A stretch of 64,000 nucleotides of DNA from a virus (IMGVR_UViG_3300029288_000086:64001-128000), one strand, 5' to 3'; counted from the first letter of the stretch, positions 39,929-49,850 are shown. Numbers and translations: made by a program. The notes: generated from the letters alone by a model not told the origin.

Positions 39929-40927
39929 TTATGAATTTACCAACAATAATTTTTTCTTTTCTTTAGAAAGCAAGTTGCTCTTTCTGCGCGAAATACATTT
40001 ACAGTCTTGGCAACGAACACTCTGCCATTTTCCAGCACTTGTAAAGTATTCACCTTCGCCCTTCAAATTTGTTGACCCACAAACTGGACACTGTTCCACA
40101 TCTAATTCATTATAAAGAGCAACATTAAAGTTCCTAACATAAGGGCGAACCTTGTAGAATAACTCTTCAGTCGCACCAATATCCTGAATGTTGTAGTGGA
40201 TCATAGTTTTCAAAGATTCTTCATCTCCGTCGCTACAACCTCGCCAAAGCGGAAATCCGCTGTTTTCTTCTTTATTCCTAATGTTGAGTTGATCATTTAT
40301 GAATTTCATTTTATTACTAGAGAAGCGGAAATTCTGTTTTGCTACCATAAGAGTATCTACGATATTAAATTTTAATGGGGGCAAACCATGCTTCAAAAAT
40401 TCAGTGTTAATATATTTTACGTCAAATTGCGAGAAATTATGCCCGATAATTACTTGAACTTTAGAGAGAAAATCCCAAATGGACTTTGTAATTCTAGATG
40501 TATCACGAGCCTTCGCTTCTTTTGGAGTTAAAATATCTGAATACATTTCAGACTCATTCAACATTTTTCCAGCCCAACTCAGCATACATCCATCCGCAAC
40601 AATCTGATCAAGACTAATGTTTTGATCCCAAAGCGACCACCCCATCATAATGATAGGCAATGTCTCAATGTCACAAACTGCAACTCTAGGAGATTGTTTT
40701 ACCTCGACATTTGTATTAGTATTTTCATTTTCAAAATTAACAGTAATTCCTCGCTTCTTGCACCACTTGCGAAACTTATCCCGCAAATTTTCTTTATCTT
40801 TTACATTATATCCTTCATCAACAAACTTCTTAAACTTTTGTTCCCAAAAGGGAATCTTACCTTGAGATTTTATTTTTGCTTCCAAACATTCATTAAAAAC
40901 TCTGTCATCTAAATTCTTTAAGCCCAA
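39929..40927 (-). CDS. RNase H-fold/DnaQ-like 3'-5' exonuclease with C-terminal Zn ribbon
   Basis: CDIET, IGHN...FD, DTL, YN.QD; CPVCGS...RCQDC. Confidence 0.8.
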   Translation of the reverse strand: MGLKNLDDRVFNECLEAKIKSQGKIPFWEQKFKKFVDEGYNVKDKENLRDKFRKWCKKRGITVNFENENTNTNVEVKQSPRVAVCDIETLPIIMMGWSLWDQNISLDQIVADGCMLSWAGKMLNESEMYSDILTPKEAKARDTSRITKSIWDFLSKVQVIIGHNFSQFDVKYINTEFLKHGLPPLKFNIVDTLMVAKQNFRFSSNKMKFINDQLNIRNKEENSGFPLWRGCSDGDEESLKTMIHYNIQDIGATEELFYKVRPYVRNFNVALYNELDVEQCPVCGSTNLKGEGEYFTSAGKWQSVRCQDCKCISRRKSNLLSKEKKKLLLVNS

Positions 40928-41064
40928 TATAAGCTCCTTGTTAAGATTTTATATCTTTCATATTATAACTTGACTGGCAAGAATTCTACTTGCTCCCTTA
41001 ATAAAAATCAATAAAATTGAGATAAATGGGGACAATTCTGAATATACAACCAAGTTATACCAAT

Positions 41065-41093
41065 AGTTTATCACACTTTTTCATTTTTGTCAA
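41065..41093 (-). promoter_or_regulatory. Sigma70/SigA promoter
   Basis: TTGACA-17-TAAACT with extended TG. Confidence 0.6.
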
Positions 41094-41114
41094 GGTTAAA
41101 ATAGCACTAATTTT

Positions 41115-41462
41115 CTAAATAACTATTATTCCTTGTGCTGTTATACTTCCACTAATTGCTTCCAAATCACAAATCACATATCTTAATCCCGCAATAGGCA
41201 CTGACCATATCTGATCTAAATTGTTAGTTGTCTGCGACGCGCCTGTATTCGTGGCTAAATTAGTAGCAGTTATAGCAGAATAATCTCCAACATCTCCCTT
41301 GCCTTTAAAATTAATGGTATTTGATGCAGGACTTCCACTGATAGAAATAACTACTTTTGATAATGGATTGCAAACACCAGGTACAGACATTGGTGAGCCA
41401 GTAGTTACAAAACTGGCAGATGTTAAAAACGTATGAGTATTAATATATCCCATATAATGCAT
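41115..41462 (-). CDS. Small beta-rich hypothetical protein (possible virion protein)
   Basis: V.ISISG, W.VP.AGLRY, ISGSITA.G; S-[AG]-S motifs. Confidence 0.5.
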   Translation of the reverse strand: MHYMGYINTHTFLTSASFVTTGSPMSVPGVCNPLSKVVISISGSPASNTINFKGKGDVGDYSAITATNLATNTGASQTTNNLDQIWSVPIAGLRYVICDLEAISGSITAQGIIVI

Positions 41463-41471
41463 CCTCCTTTT

Positions 41472-41795
41472 TTAATTGGAGGATTCTTCTTCCTCCGAAA
41501 TATAATTTTTCTTTACAATGTTCTTCAAATTTGATGCTAGTTTAAAACTAACACTTTCTGTTTCTGGAATAGTTATTCTTTCTGTTGCACCTTTTACACC
41601 CTTAGTGGGTTTATTACCTTCATGTTCAGCAGTAACTTTATATTGAATTTGTCCAAATCCTCTTATAGATAACTCTACTCTTTCTTTGATAATATCTTCA
41701 AAAAGACCTATCATAGAATTGAGAATGTCTTCACAACCTTGTTTGACATAACCTGATTTTACTGATAATGCTTTTATAAATTCATCTTTTTGCAT
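41472..41795 (-). CDS. hup: HU/IHF-like DNA-binding protein
   Basis: M.K.E.I..L..K, L.IRGFG, G..P....I.IP....V.FK....LK..V. Confidence 0.85.
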   Translation of the reverse strand: MQKDEFIKALSVKSGYVKQGCEDILNSMIGLFEDIIKERVELSIRGFGQIQYKVTAEHEGNKPTKGVKGATERITIPETESVSFKLASNLKNIVKKNYISEEEESSN

Positions 41796-41865
41796 ATTTT
41801 TTATCCTTTTTACCTTTTTGATAACCTATCTCATAATAGTGTAGGGGAACGCAAAGCGTTACCGA

Positions 41866-42657
41866 CTATACGCAGTTTCCGTGAGAATACTTCAATTTCC
41901 TTTTATTGGTATTTTCTCTATTTATTTTAATAGTACATTCTTCGCAATACTTTTGTCTTCCAACTCTTTCGATTGTTTTTCCGCATCTTTCACAAAAAGC
42001 AGGAAGAAAACTAATAATATTATCCATATCAGTAACTTCTATTTCTATTTCACCTATATCCTCTGCAAATAATATTTTCCATATTTCAAAAGGCATTCTC
42101 CCTTTTTTCTCTGATATATCATAATATAAATATTGATGTTTTATGAAAAACTGACCCATTTTATCAATATCATCGTTAGACATGGTTATTTTTGCAATAC
42201 TTAAAATTTTTCTAGTATTGTCATAGCAACAATATCCTCTAGTTGTAGCATCTTCTTCTTTGCTCCCTATTTTTACATTATGATCATGATTATATTTTGA
42301 TAATACCAATAAAACAAATAATACTTTTGCATATTTTACAGGTAATGACCTAATAATATCTAGTTCATTTTTTGTAATGCAGACTGTATCTGATTGTTTC
42401 AGATAATATTTTTTTCCTGTTTTAATCGCATCTTCTATTAAACCACGATACATAATATCATTAAATCCAGAACTGTTTTTATAGCAAAATTCAACAAGCC
42501 TTTTTTTTGCTTCTTGAGTTTTCATTCCTTTCGAAAAAAATAATTTAGACAAAAGAGATACGCCCTTTTTATTTATTTTTCCTGTATCAAAACCATTTTC
42601 TAATATTCTTTCTGCACTTTTAAGTTCATCGAAATTAATATCTTTTATATATGTCAT
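41866..42657 (-). CDS. Hypothetical protein coupled to the RNA polymerase gene, C-terminal Zn ribbon
   Basis: ITK.EL..I..L...KVLF.LL...K; CERCG...QKYCEEC; overlaps RNAP stop. Confidence 0.6.
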   Translation of the reverse strand: MTYIKDINFDELKSAERILENGFDTGKINKKGVSLLSKLFFSKGMKTQEAKKRLVEFCYKNSSGFNDIMYRGLIEDAIKTGKKYYLKQSDTVCITKNELDIIRSLPVKYAKVLFVLLVLSKYNHDHNVKIGSKEEDATTRGYCCYDNTRKILSIAKITMSNDDIDKMGQFFIKHQYLYYDISEKKGRMPFEIWKILFAEDIGEIEIEVTDMDNIISFLPAFCERCGKTIERVGRQKYCEECTIKINRENTNKRKLKYSHGNCV

Positions 42658-45320
42658 AGGTCTATTTTTTCAATTGAATATTTAGAATTCATATATTCTA
42701 CATAATTATTATCAGAAACAGCAGGAACGAATATTTTATAGCCAAAATATTCTTTTAATACATTTATCAAATCTAATGGAAAAACATCAAGAAGAAAAGA
42801 AGATCCATATTCGCTACCCCAATAAACAATCTCATCGCTTGTGTCTATAATACCATCTGCTTGATTTCTAAGCCATGCCATCATATCTTTAAATCCAGAA
42901 CTTGAATTATGATAATTTATATCTTTTTTATATTGTCTATATTTTAAATAAAGATTATCGATAACTCTCTTATTTTTTGCTTTAAAAGAAATATTTTTAT
43001 CTACTATTTTTTTAAAATCATATGTTTTAGCTTTATTGCTTATTTTAAGTTCTTTGATATTGTTTTCCATATAATGACAAATTTTATTCATCACACAATC
43101 AGAGTCTAATAATTCTGTGAATCTCATAAATTTTCTAATTATTTTATCTTCTTTTTCACTCCTATCTTCTTTTAAAAATATTTCATTGAAAGTTTTATCA
43201 AACCATAGTTTACAGTATCTATTATATAATTCCATTCTTTTTTGGTATCTATTTTCATATTCAGGATATAAATATCTAAAGAAATATGGTCTCTTGTCGC
43301 ATATTGTTTTGTGGTGCAATTCTTTCAAGCGTAATTCTTCTTGTGTTTCATTCCCCGTTATTTTCTCCCACTTAGTCCAATATCTAGGAACATCCATAGT
43401 CTGTATTCCTTTAGCACGATCTATTTCCATGGATTGAAGGCAATTACATATTTTAAGACGATTGAGAACTTCATTATATTCTTCAGAATTTTTTTTGAAT
43501 AATTCTAATAATGCAAAATCTTCTGTACCAAAATTAGTATACAATCCTATTCTAGAATTAAATGTTTTGATATCATAAGACCATAATTCATCTTCCTCTA
43601 CTCGTTTTTTTTCTGCGCTCTTTCTGTCGTAAGAAGGAGGAATAACATTGCCATAAGAGCATTTTACAAATTCATCTTGGTCTGTAGTCATGCAAGCGTC
43701 GCCGTCGAGATCTGCGCCTGACATGCGCATTAGATCAGTTCCATATGCATTAAAAATAATTCCAGTATTTAGATATTTATACCAATAAGACAATTCATCG
43801 TTGTTTTGCAAATGCAAAATATTATTTTCTGAAAAATAAGTCATTGGGGAGCGAATGGCAGATACAAGAGATTTTCCTTTTTCTTTCCAATAAGCAGAAT
43901 AATGTTGTCCGTCTTTAAGTAATCCAACAGGTTGTAAACCTAGCCCCCATTCTGCTTGCATAAATGGATCTGACAACATAAATTGGTAATTGCCATTTAA
44001 TAATAGAATACCTAAATAACTTTCTCTTATTTTTTTATTTATTAATCTTTGAATTTTTGCCTGTATTTGCTTATCATTAATTAGATTCGGGTCTAATAAT
44101 AAGACTTGAAGTAGAGGATTATCAAGATGCTCGAACCATAAATCATTCATTCTGCTCTTATCAATATCGCCCATAAGAAAGAGGATAGTATAAAGCCAGT
44201 TTTCTCCTGTGACATTTTTAAACCAATCCAAAGTTTTTTGGCATAAGTTTTCTATTTGTTTTTCTGAAGTTATATTTAAATTTTCGATATATTGATATGT
44301 TGAGAAACAATGGTTTTTATCTTGCTGAGGAGAAATTCTAGATATTCCCCATGAATAATTTCTTTCTTTACATTTTGCGTTATAATCTTCTGCACTTTCA
44401 TATGCTTGCCATAATTTAAATTGTGAAGCAGATACAAGAACATCAACATCTTCTATCCAGTGTTCTTTTCCATATACATCTTTTATTTGAGTAATACCTC
44501 TTTGCTTTGCCAATTCATGGAAATCAAAAGTTGCTAAAAGCCCTTTAGAATAGGCAGAACGAAAAATAAATTCAGCAGGAGTATAATTAACATTTAATTC
44601 ATTCATCCAAATACGAGATTGTCTTGGGCTTATCAATCCTTGACCATCAAACAAATTAAAGGTTATTGATTTTTCTTCAGGATAAACTACTGGATCTTTA
44701 TTTTTATCATCTGATTCATGTAAAAAATCAACTTTTACTAATCTTTCAACTTCATAATCTGGAATTAAACAAAAATTTGGAGTTGAGACTTGCCATGTTG
44801 CTGTAGACGCTAAGGAATAATAAGCATTAAATTTACTAGGGGATATTTCATAAGAAATATTTCTACCACAATTTAAAAACCACTTTAAGTCTTCAATTAT
44901 TTCTTCATTCGCAAAAATTACAGTACTCCTTCGCGCCATACCCGCTCCGCAAAGTAATCTTATATACTTCTTACCATTAATCCAAATTCCGCCCTTATTT
45001 ATAATGGTTTTGTAATGCCTGCTATCGTCAAATTCAATAGAAATAATATCATTTATATATAAAAGTTTATCTAATTTTTCATTTATAAAGGAATTAGATT
45101 TTCTTTTTTTCTTTTTACGAATCAGGTCGTCTACTTCTGATTGATTATAGGCTATTCCCCTGATTCTTTGAATTGCGCGTATCAACTCGCTTGAACTCAA
45201 CCTAACTACTTCCCCATTTTGTCTTGCTTGATCTAAAGTTAATTTTTCTATTTTGTAATTTGTATCACGTAATCTACTTGAATTAAATTTAAAAACAAAA
45301 AAACTCTGGATTTTTTTAAT
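42654..45320 (-). CDS. YonO-type single-subunit DNA-dependent RNA polymerase (double-psi beta-barrel)
   Basis: SGADLDGD catalytic DxDGD, FDGQGLISP, F.FR....KG, RSP, IG..TN, EID.AKG; frame open to 45323, likely ATT start at 45320 behind GAGGTG. Confidence 0.85.
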   Translation of the reverse strand: MKKIQSFFVFKFNSSRLRDTNYKIEKLTLDQARQNGEVVRLSSSELIRAIQRIRGIAYNQSEVDDLIRKKKKRKSNSFINEKLDKLLYINDIISIEFDDSRHYKTIINKGGIWINGKKYIRLLCGAGMARRSTVIFANEEIIEDLKWFLNCGRNISYEISPSKFNAYYSLASTATWQVSTPNFCLIPDYEVERLVKVDFLHESDDKNKDPVVYPEEKSITFNLFDGQGLISPRQSRIWMNELNVNYTPAEFIFRSAYSKGLLATFDFHELAKQRGITQIKDVYGKEHWIEDVDVLVSASQFKLWQAYESAEDYNAKCKERNYSWGISRISPQQDKNHCFSTYQYIENLNITSEKQIENLCQKTLDWFKNVTGENWLYTILFLMGDIDKSRMNDLWFEHLDNPLLQVLLLDPNLINDKQIQAKIQRLINKKIRESYLGILLLNGNYQFMLSDPFMQAEWGLGLQPVGLLKDGQHYSAYWKEKGKSLVSAIRSPMTYFSENNILHLQNNDELSYWYKYLNTGIIFNAYGTDLMRMSGADLDGDACMTTDQDEFVKCSYGNVIPPSYDRKSAEKKRVEEDELWSYDIKTFNSRIGLYTNFGTEDFALLELFKKNSEEYNEVLNRLKICNCLQSMEIDRAKGIQTMDVPRYWTKWEKITGNETQEELRLKELHHKTICDKRPYFFRYLYPEYENRYQKRMELYNRYCKLWFDKTFNEIFLKEDRSEKEDKIIRKFMRFTELLDSDCVMNKICHYMENNIKELKISNKAKTYDFKKIVDKNISFKAKNKRVIDNLYLKYRQYKKDINYHNSSSGFKDMMAWLRNQADGIIDTSDEIVYWGSEYGSSFLLDVFPLDLINVLKEYFGYKIFVPAVSDNNYVEYMNSKYSIEKIDL

Positions 45321-45520
45321 AATTCACCTCTATGCGGTTGATTTATTTTTTTTATAATTCCGAATGCTTGAAACTTAGAGTATCTTCAATATAACGATAG
45401 TATGACATTTCCACCCAATATGTTTCTTTCATTATGCAATTATCAATATCGAAATCACATAACTCATAACATTCACACTCTTGACATTTATTCACTTTTA
45501 TGATATTGTTATTGTTATCA

Positions 45521-45772
45521 TTATCCATTCAATTCTTTTCTTGTCTCTTCATCAATAAGATTATAAAATTCTTCTAATGTTTCTGTTAAATTCATATTTT
45601 TATAAAAACTACATAAATATTGGCAATAATTTAATTGGCTAATAACATACCCAGACCATTCCTTATCAGGATTGCTATTCCAGTTTTCTTCGAACATTAG
45701 AAAATATTTGCATCTCCAAGAAATTTGTCCTCCTTCCTCTAATATTTTTGATATATAATCTATGTTATCCAT
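45521..45772 (-). CDS. Hypothetical protein
   Basis: ATG 45772 behind AAAGGA, downstream of promoter 45885-45913. Confidence 0.5.
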   Translation of the reverse strand: MDNIDYISKILEEGGQISWRCKYFLMFEENWNSNPDKEWSGYVISQLNYCQYLCSFYKNMNLTETLEEFYNLIDEETRKELNG

Positions 45773-45884
45773 GCGATCCTTTCTTATTATAAAATAGGGC
45801 ACATAAGAAAAATATATTATATATCATTATTAGTATTTACACATTATTCTTCTTATGTCTATAATATTACTAGAATATACCTAT

Positions 45885-45995
45885 AGTCTACCACATAATC
45901 TCTATTTTGTCAAGGGTTAAATAGAACCAATTTTCTAAAATCTGAAAATTGTAAGGTCTGTAGGGGTTGACAAATATAGAAAAGTGTGTTATAGT
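45885..45995. promoter_or_regulatory. Divergent sigma70 promoter pair (RNAP operon and helicase operon)
   Basis: Minus TTGACA-17-TAGACT (45913-45885); plus TTGACA-17-TATAGT (45967-45995). Confidence 0.75.
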
Positions 45996-46001
45996 AAAGG
46001 A

Positions 46002-46097
46002 AGGGCTAGGGTACACCCGTACAGTCTACCGACGAAAAGCGCAACTTCCCTCGCTTTGCCCTAAATTTCAAGTATGGGATGTAAATTAAGAAAGGGT
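46002..46097 (+). ncRNA. Candidate cis-regulatory RNA leader upstream of helicase
   Basis: AGGGC/GCCCU closing stem, UAG and GAAAAG junctions, AAAGCG/CGCUUU hairpin with pyrimidine loop complementary to downstream purine/SD tract. Confidence 0.5.
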
Positions 46098-46102
46098 AAC
46101 AT

Positions 46103-47566
46103 GTGGGAAGAATGCAAAAATATATATCGGAAATAGTAACTATAAAAGAAATAAAGAAATGGCAACCAGGGCAGCGAATTCTTATCTGTGCGCAAACAGG
46201 GCGAGGAAAGAGCCAGATGATCAAGGATAATTTATATATCTATGCAAAACAAAATAACAAAAAAATTCTATTAATGTCAAATCGCATTTTGCTAAAAAAA
46301 CAAAATGAATACGAAATTCAAAATAAAAGAGATGTTATTGATTTACATAACTATCAGGAATTTGAATCTCGTATATTATCAGGTATTGAAGATATTTATT
46401 CACTGTTTGAACCATATGATTATATCGTTTATGATGAGGGACATTATGCCTTTGCTGACTCGGCCTTCAACACAAACACAGATTTACTTATAGACCCTAT
46501 AAAAAATACACCAAAAAATAAAATATTTTTATTCCTTACTGCAACTCCTGAAGCATTAACAGATTATCAGCCTGATTTTGATTACATCTATGATTTGCCC
46601 AGAGATTATTCTTACATTAAAACTGTGTATTTTTATGATCGTAATGCTAAAATAGCAAACAATTCTATTGAAAGTATTATTAATAATATTCCGAAAGATG
46701 AAAAAATATTGTACTTCGGATCACGTGTAGAAGACATTTATAAATTATCTTTGAAATTTAAGGATTCGTCTTTTATTTGTTCCCCTAGCAATAAACTAAA
46801 AAATAAATCTGATATATCAACATTCTTAGAAATAGAAGAACTAGAAAAATTTAATAAAAGAATATTATTTGCCACTAAGGTATTAGATAACGGAGTAAAC
46901 CTAAAAGATAAAACTTTAAAACACATTATTATTGATGTGCTAGATCCCATATCATTTTTACAAACGCTTGGAAGAAAAAGATCAATATCTCCAGACGATA
47001 CAATTTGCCTATACGTGAGAAATTATCATAAAGGGCTGATGCATTATGTATTAGAAGGAATTGATAAGCAATTGCATGATATAGAAAAAGAAAATGAAAT
47101 AGAAACAAAGATTCTTCAACAAAAATTTCCAGAATATAATTTTAACAAAACACAAGAAAAGAGAATTAAGGTTGCTAAATATCAACATTTGCTAACCCAG
47201 AAGAGATTGATACAAGAAATAAAAAGCAGTATTTCAGAAAGTGCTTATGCAGAATATATATGTAAAATTTTAGGAAAAAATATTGAAGACACAAAAGACG
47301 CATTTTTAGAATTTGAGAAAATTTCAATGGAAGAATTATTAAAACAGTATTTGTCTATTAAGATGTTTAAGGACAATCAAGAAATATTTAAGCATATGTT
47401 TTTCAATATGATATTCTCAACTAAAAAGACTGACTATTCTGCTAGAGGATTGATTGCTATGAATCGTATTATAGCAGAGGATGGGTTGCCTTATACTATA
47501 TTTTCTAGGAGAGAAGATAAAGGGGCTAATAGAAAAAAATATTATTGGATTGTTGAGGAAAAATAA
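46103..47566 (+). CDS. Superfamily 2 (DExH) helicase, possible origin-binding protein
   Basis: AQTGRGKS, VYDEGH, LTATP, TKVLDNGVNL, QTLGRKR. Confidence 0.85.
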   Translation: MGRMQKYISEIVTIKEIKKWQPGQRILICAQTGRGKSQMIKDNLYIYAKQNNKKILLMSNRILLKKQNEYEIQNKRDVIDLHNYQEFESRILSGIEDIYSLFEPYDYIVYDEGHYAFADSAFNTNTDLLIDPIKNTPKNKIFLFLTATPEALTDYQPDFDYIYDLPRDYSYIKTVYFYDRNAKIANNSIESIINNIPKDEKILYFGSRVEDIYKLSLKFKDSSFICSPSNKLKNKSDISTFLEIEELEKFNKRILFATKVLDNGVNLKDKTLKHIIIDVLDPISFLQTLGRKRSISPDDTICLYVRNYHKGLMHYVLEGIDKQLHDIEKENEIETKILQQKFPEYNFNKTQEKRIKVAKYQHLLTQKRLIQEIKSSISESAYAEYICKILGKNIEDTKDAFLEFEKISMEELLKQYLSIKMFKDNQEIFKHMFFNMIFSTKKTDYSARGLIAMNRIIAEDGLPYTIFSRREDKGANRKKYYWIVEEK

Positions 47567-47842
47567 ATGGATAATATAATAGCATTAACTAAAATATTGC
47601 AAAAATATTTGGGAATAAAAATGTATATTGAGCATCAAGAAGAATTTAAAGAAGAATTCTTTAGGGAATTATTTGATCCTCAAGGGTATGTTGATTATTC
47701 TCTGAGAAGTACCTTGTTTATAAACGCTGTGTTAGAAGAAGATAATTTACCATTTTATTTTAGAGTAAAAAAAGAAAACGGTGATGCAGAAAGGAAATAT
47801 GAAACTTATTGGGAATTGGTAGATTTAAATAAAATAAAATGA
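47567..47842 (+). CDS. Stand-alone paralogue of the helicase C-terminal domain
   Basis: L.KYL.IKM...QE.FK..FF...F...DYS.R....N....ED.LP....YW aligns with the last ~90 aa of the helicase. Confidence 0.75.
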   Translation: MDNIIALTKILQKYLGIKMYIEHQEEFKEEFFRELFDPQGYVDYSLRSTLFINAVLEEDNLPFYFRVKKENGDAERKYETYWELVDLNKIK

Positions 47843-48900
47843 ATAAAAAAGTGCCCTGTGGAGTGGCATTAATCATTAATATGTTATGTGCCACTTGACG
47901 GGGCATAATTTTTCATTGATTATTTTTATTTTAACTCTAGTAATATATTAATAAAAAAAATTAAATATGTCTGATGTATAAAATAGGTTATTGTATAATT
48001 GCAGTAACCTATTTTTATTTAATTTTTATTATTTTTGTCGAGAAATAGGAATAAGTGATTCGATAATAGCAGTTATCGTGTTGTTATTATGTGTGATATA
48101 TAAATGTAGGAATATGTGATTATATTTTTTTGATTATTCATATTTACAATATTAGTTATTATTATGTGTGATATATATATTCGATTATGATTTCGATATT
48201 ATTTTAGTATATTTTATTATTATTTTTATTTATTTTTTTAAAGTGTGTGAATAGATGTGCTACACCGACTTTTGATAGTATTTATGATGCTGAATTTGTA
48301 AAATAGGGGGTACTTATTATTATAATTGATATTGATTATTATTTATAATCACTATTGAATGCCTGGTAATGATGCTGATAGTGCATGAAATGAAGATTTT
48401 ATTAGGATATTTGTTCTATAATGAGTGTTTTAATAACTTTCGGGTAACATGCAATTTACGAGAGAAGTATTATATACCTTACACTATGACTAACCCTATA
48501 TACATATAGTATAATATACTTTACTTAATGTATAATAAACTTTACATAATAAGACTAACCCTATCATATTATCATACAATGATACAATAACCTTAACCCT
48601 ATAACCTTAATCCATCCATCCTACTACATACCCTATTTATACTACTTCATAGCCATTTTAATCACTCTCATATACTATTATATATAAAGTATCATATTAT
48701 CAATACAAATTGAAATTCTATCATAAATAATCAATCGTTTAATAAGCAAGTAAGTAAACTTAAAACAAAAAAGAGTAGGAACCAACCTACTCTTTTTATT
48801 TCACCAATTACACTTATCTATTCAATAGATAGAATATTATAAAAATTGATTACCTGATTCAAAGCCAGATTATAATACCTGTATAAAATAATGCCACAAG
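47843..48900. other. About 1-kb non-coding AT-rich region with compositional switch and short direct repeats (origin or terminus candidate)
   Basis: No credible ORF; T/G-rich left half, A/C-rich right half; TAACCCTAT x3; several hairpins. Confidence 0.5.
48768..48797. terminator. Bidirectional terminator
   Basis: AAAAAGAGTAGG / CCTACTCTTTTT. Confidence 0.7.
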
Positions 48901-48964
48901 TATAATAATTATTACTCTTAATACTATTTGGCCAACCGTGGGTTTATTCATTTTTTTAATTCCT

Positions 48965-49174
48965 TTATCCGGCTTCTTGATTAATCAATCTCTCGTAATA
49001 ATCAACAGGAAAGTTAATAATGAATTGAGATATTCGAGACTCACGATTAAGTGCGCATAATTGATAATTATTAAAATTGTTAATTCGACGTTCTCTATTT
49101 TGTTTTTCTTGCTCTAGTTGTTTTTCGATCTTATCCATGTATTCCGTCATTTTATTCATTTTATTTGCTCCCAT
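48965..49174 (-). CDS. Hypothetical early protein
   Basis: Small ORF in leftward cluster. Confidence 0.45.
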   Translation of the reverse strand: MGANKMNKMTEYMDKIEKQLEQEKQNRERRINNFNNYQLCALNRESRISQFIINFPVDYYERLINQEAG

Positions 49175-49546
49175 TTATTAGATTAAATTAACTAGATATT
49201 TTGTTCATAATATTCAGAAAACAATTGTTGCCATTGTGCAAGTGTTAAATTACTTGCAATTACTTTGCCGTTTTGAATTACTTCACCGTTTACGATTCCG
49301 ACACATCCCGAAAATTCTATTGATAAAATCTCACATGCGTTTAATTCCTTTGCATATTCATTTTTTGTCATATTATCCGTCCTTTGTTTTTTCTTTTATT
49401 ATAATAATTAAACAATAAAAAGTCAAATTAAAGAGTATAAAGTAATGCAAAATTTTGTATAAAATTCTCAAAATTGAATATAAAAAATCCTATTCTTAAG
49501 AAAATAGAAATTTTAAGAATAGGATGATTTTTATAATCTTGAAATA

Positions 49547-49843
49547 TTACTTTTTGGGTTCCAATTTTACCACCTGATGACGGCAAAATACTGCACTAGT
49601 GGTTGTATATTTTCTGATGATCACTTCGCCGTTTTCGTTTTCTTTTTGAGTCGATCCGATTACAGGAATCTTTATACCATGTTGGCCTTTTTTAACACAA
49701 TAACCTTGAACAAGCCATCTTTTATATGTAAAAACATCTTGGTATGGGATACAACCGCACGGTAAAGCATTAGCCACTGTTAAGGCGTTCGTGATGGAGA
49801 AGCGGTTAAATTGTGTAGCTTGTTCTTTGGTCATAGTAACCAT
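49547..49843 (-). CDS. ArdC N-terminal (ssDNA-binding) domain-like protein
   Basis: TYKRW..QG..VKKGQHG..I......VF...QV motif. Confidence 0.7.
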   Translation of the reverse strand: MVTMTKEQATQFNRFSITNALTVANALPCGCIPYQDVFTYKRWLVQGYCVKKGQHGIKIPVIGSTQKENENGEVIIRKYTTTSAVFCRHQVVKLEPKK

Positions 49844-49850
49844 GATTTTT

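Noticed and set aside
42654-45320. RNA-dependent RNA polymerase or RNA virus
   Set aside because: DxDGD double-psi barrel enzyme in a dsDNA phage next to HU and upstream of late genes fits a YonO-type DNA-dependent RNAP.
7758-46950. Many 60-126 aa ORFs nested in or antisense to long genes (e.g. 13096-13476, 37849-38229, 43117-43437)
   Set aside because: No SD, atypical composition, fully overlapping well-supported CDSs.
48488-48610. Telomere-like (CCCTAA)n repeats
   Set aside because: Only three dispersed TAACCCTAT copies, not tandem; better treated as possible iterons.
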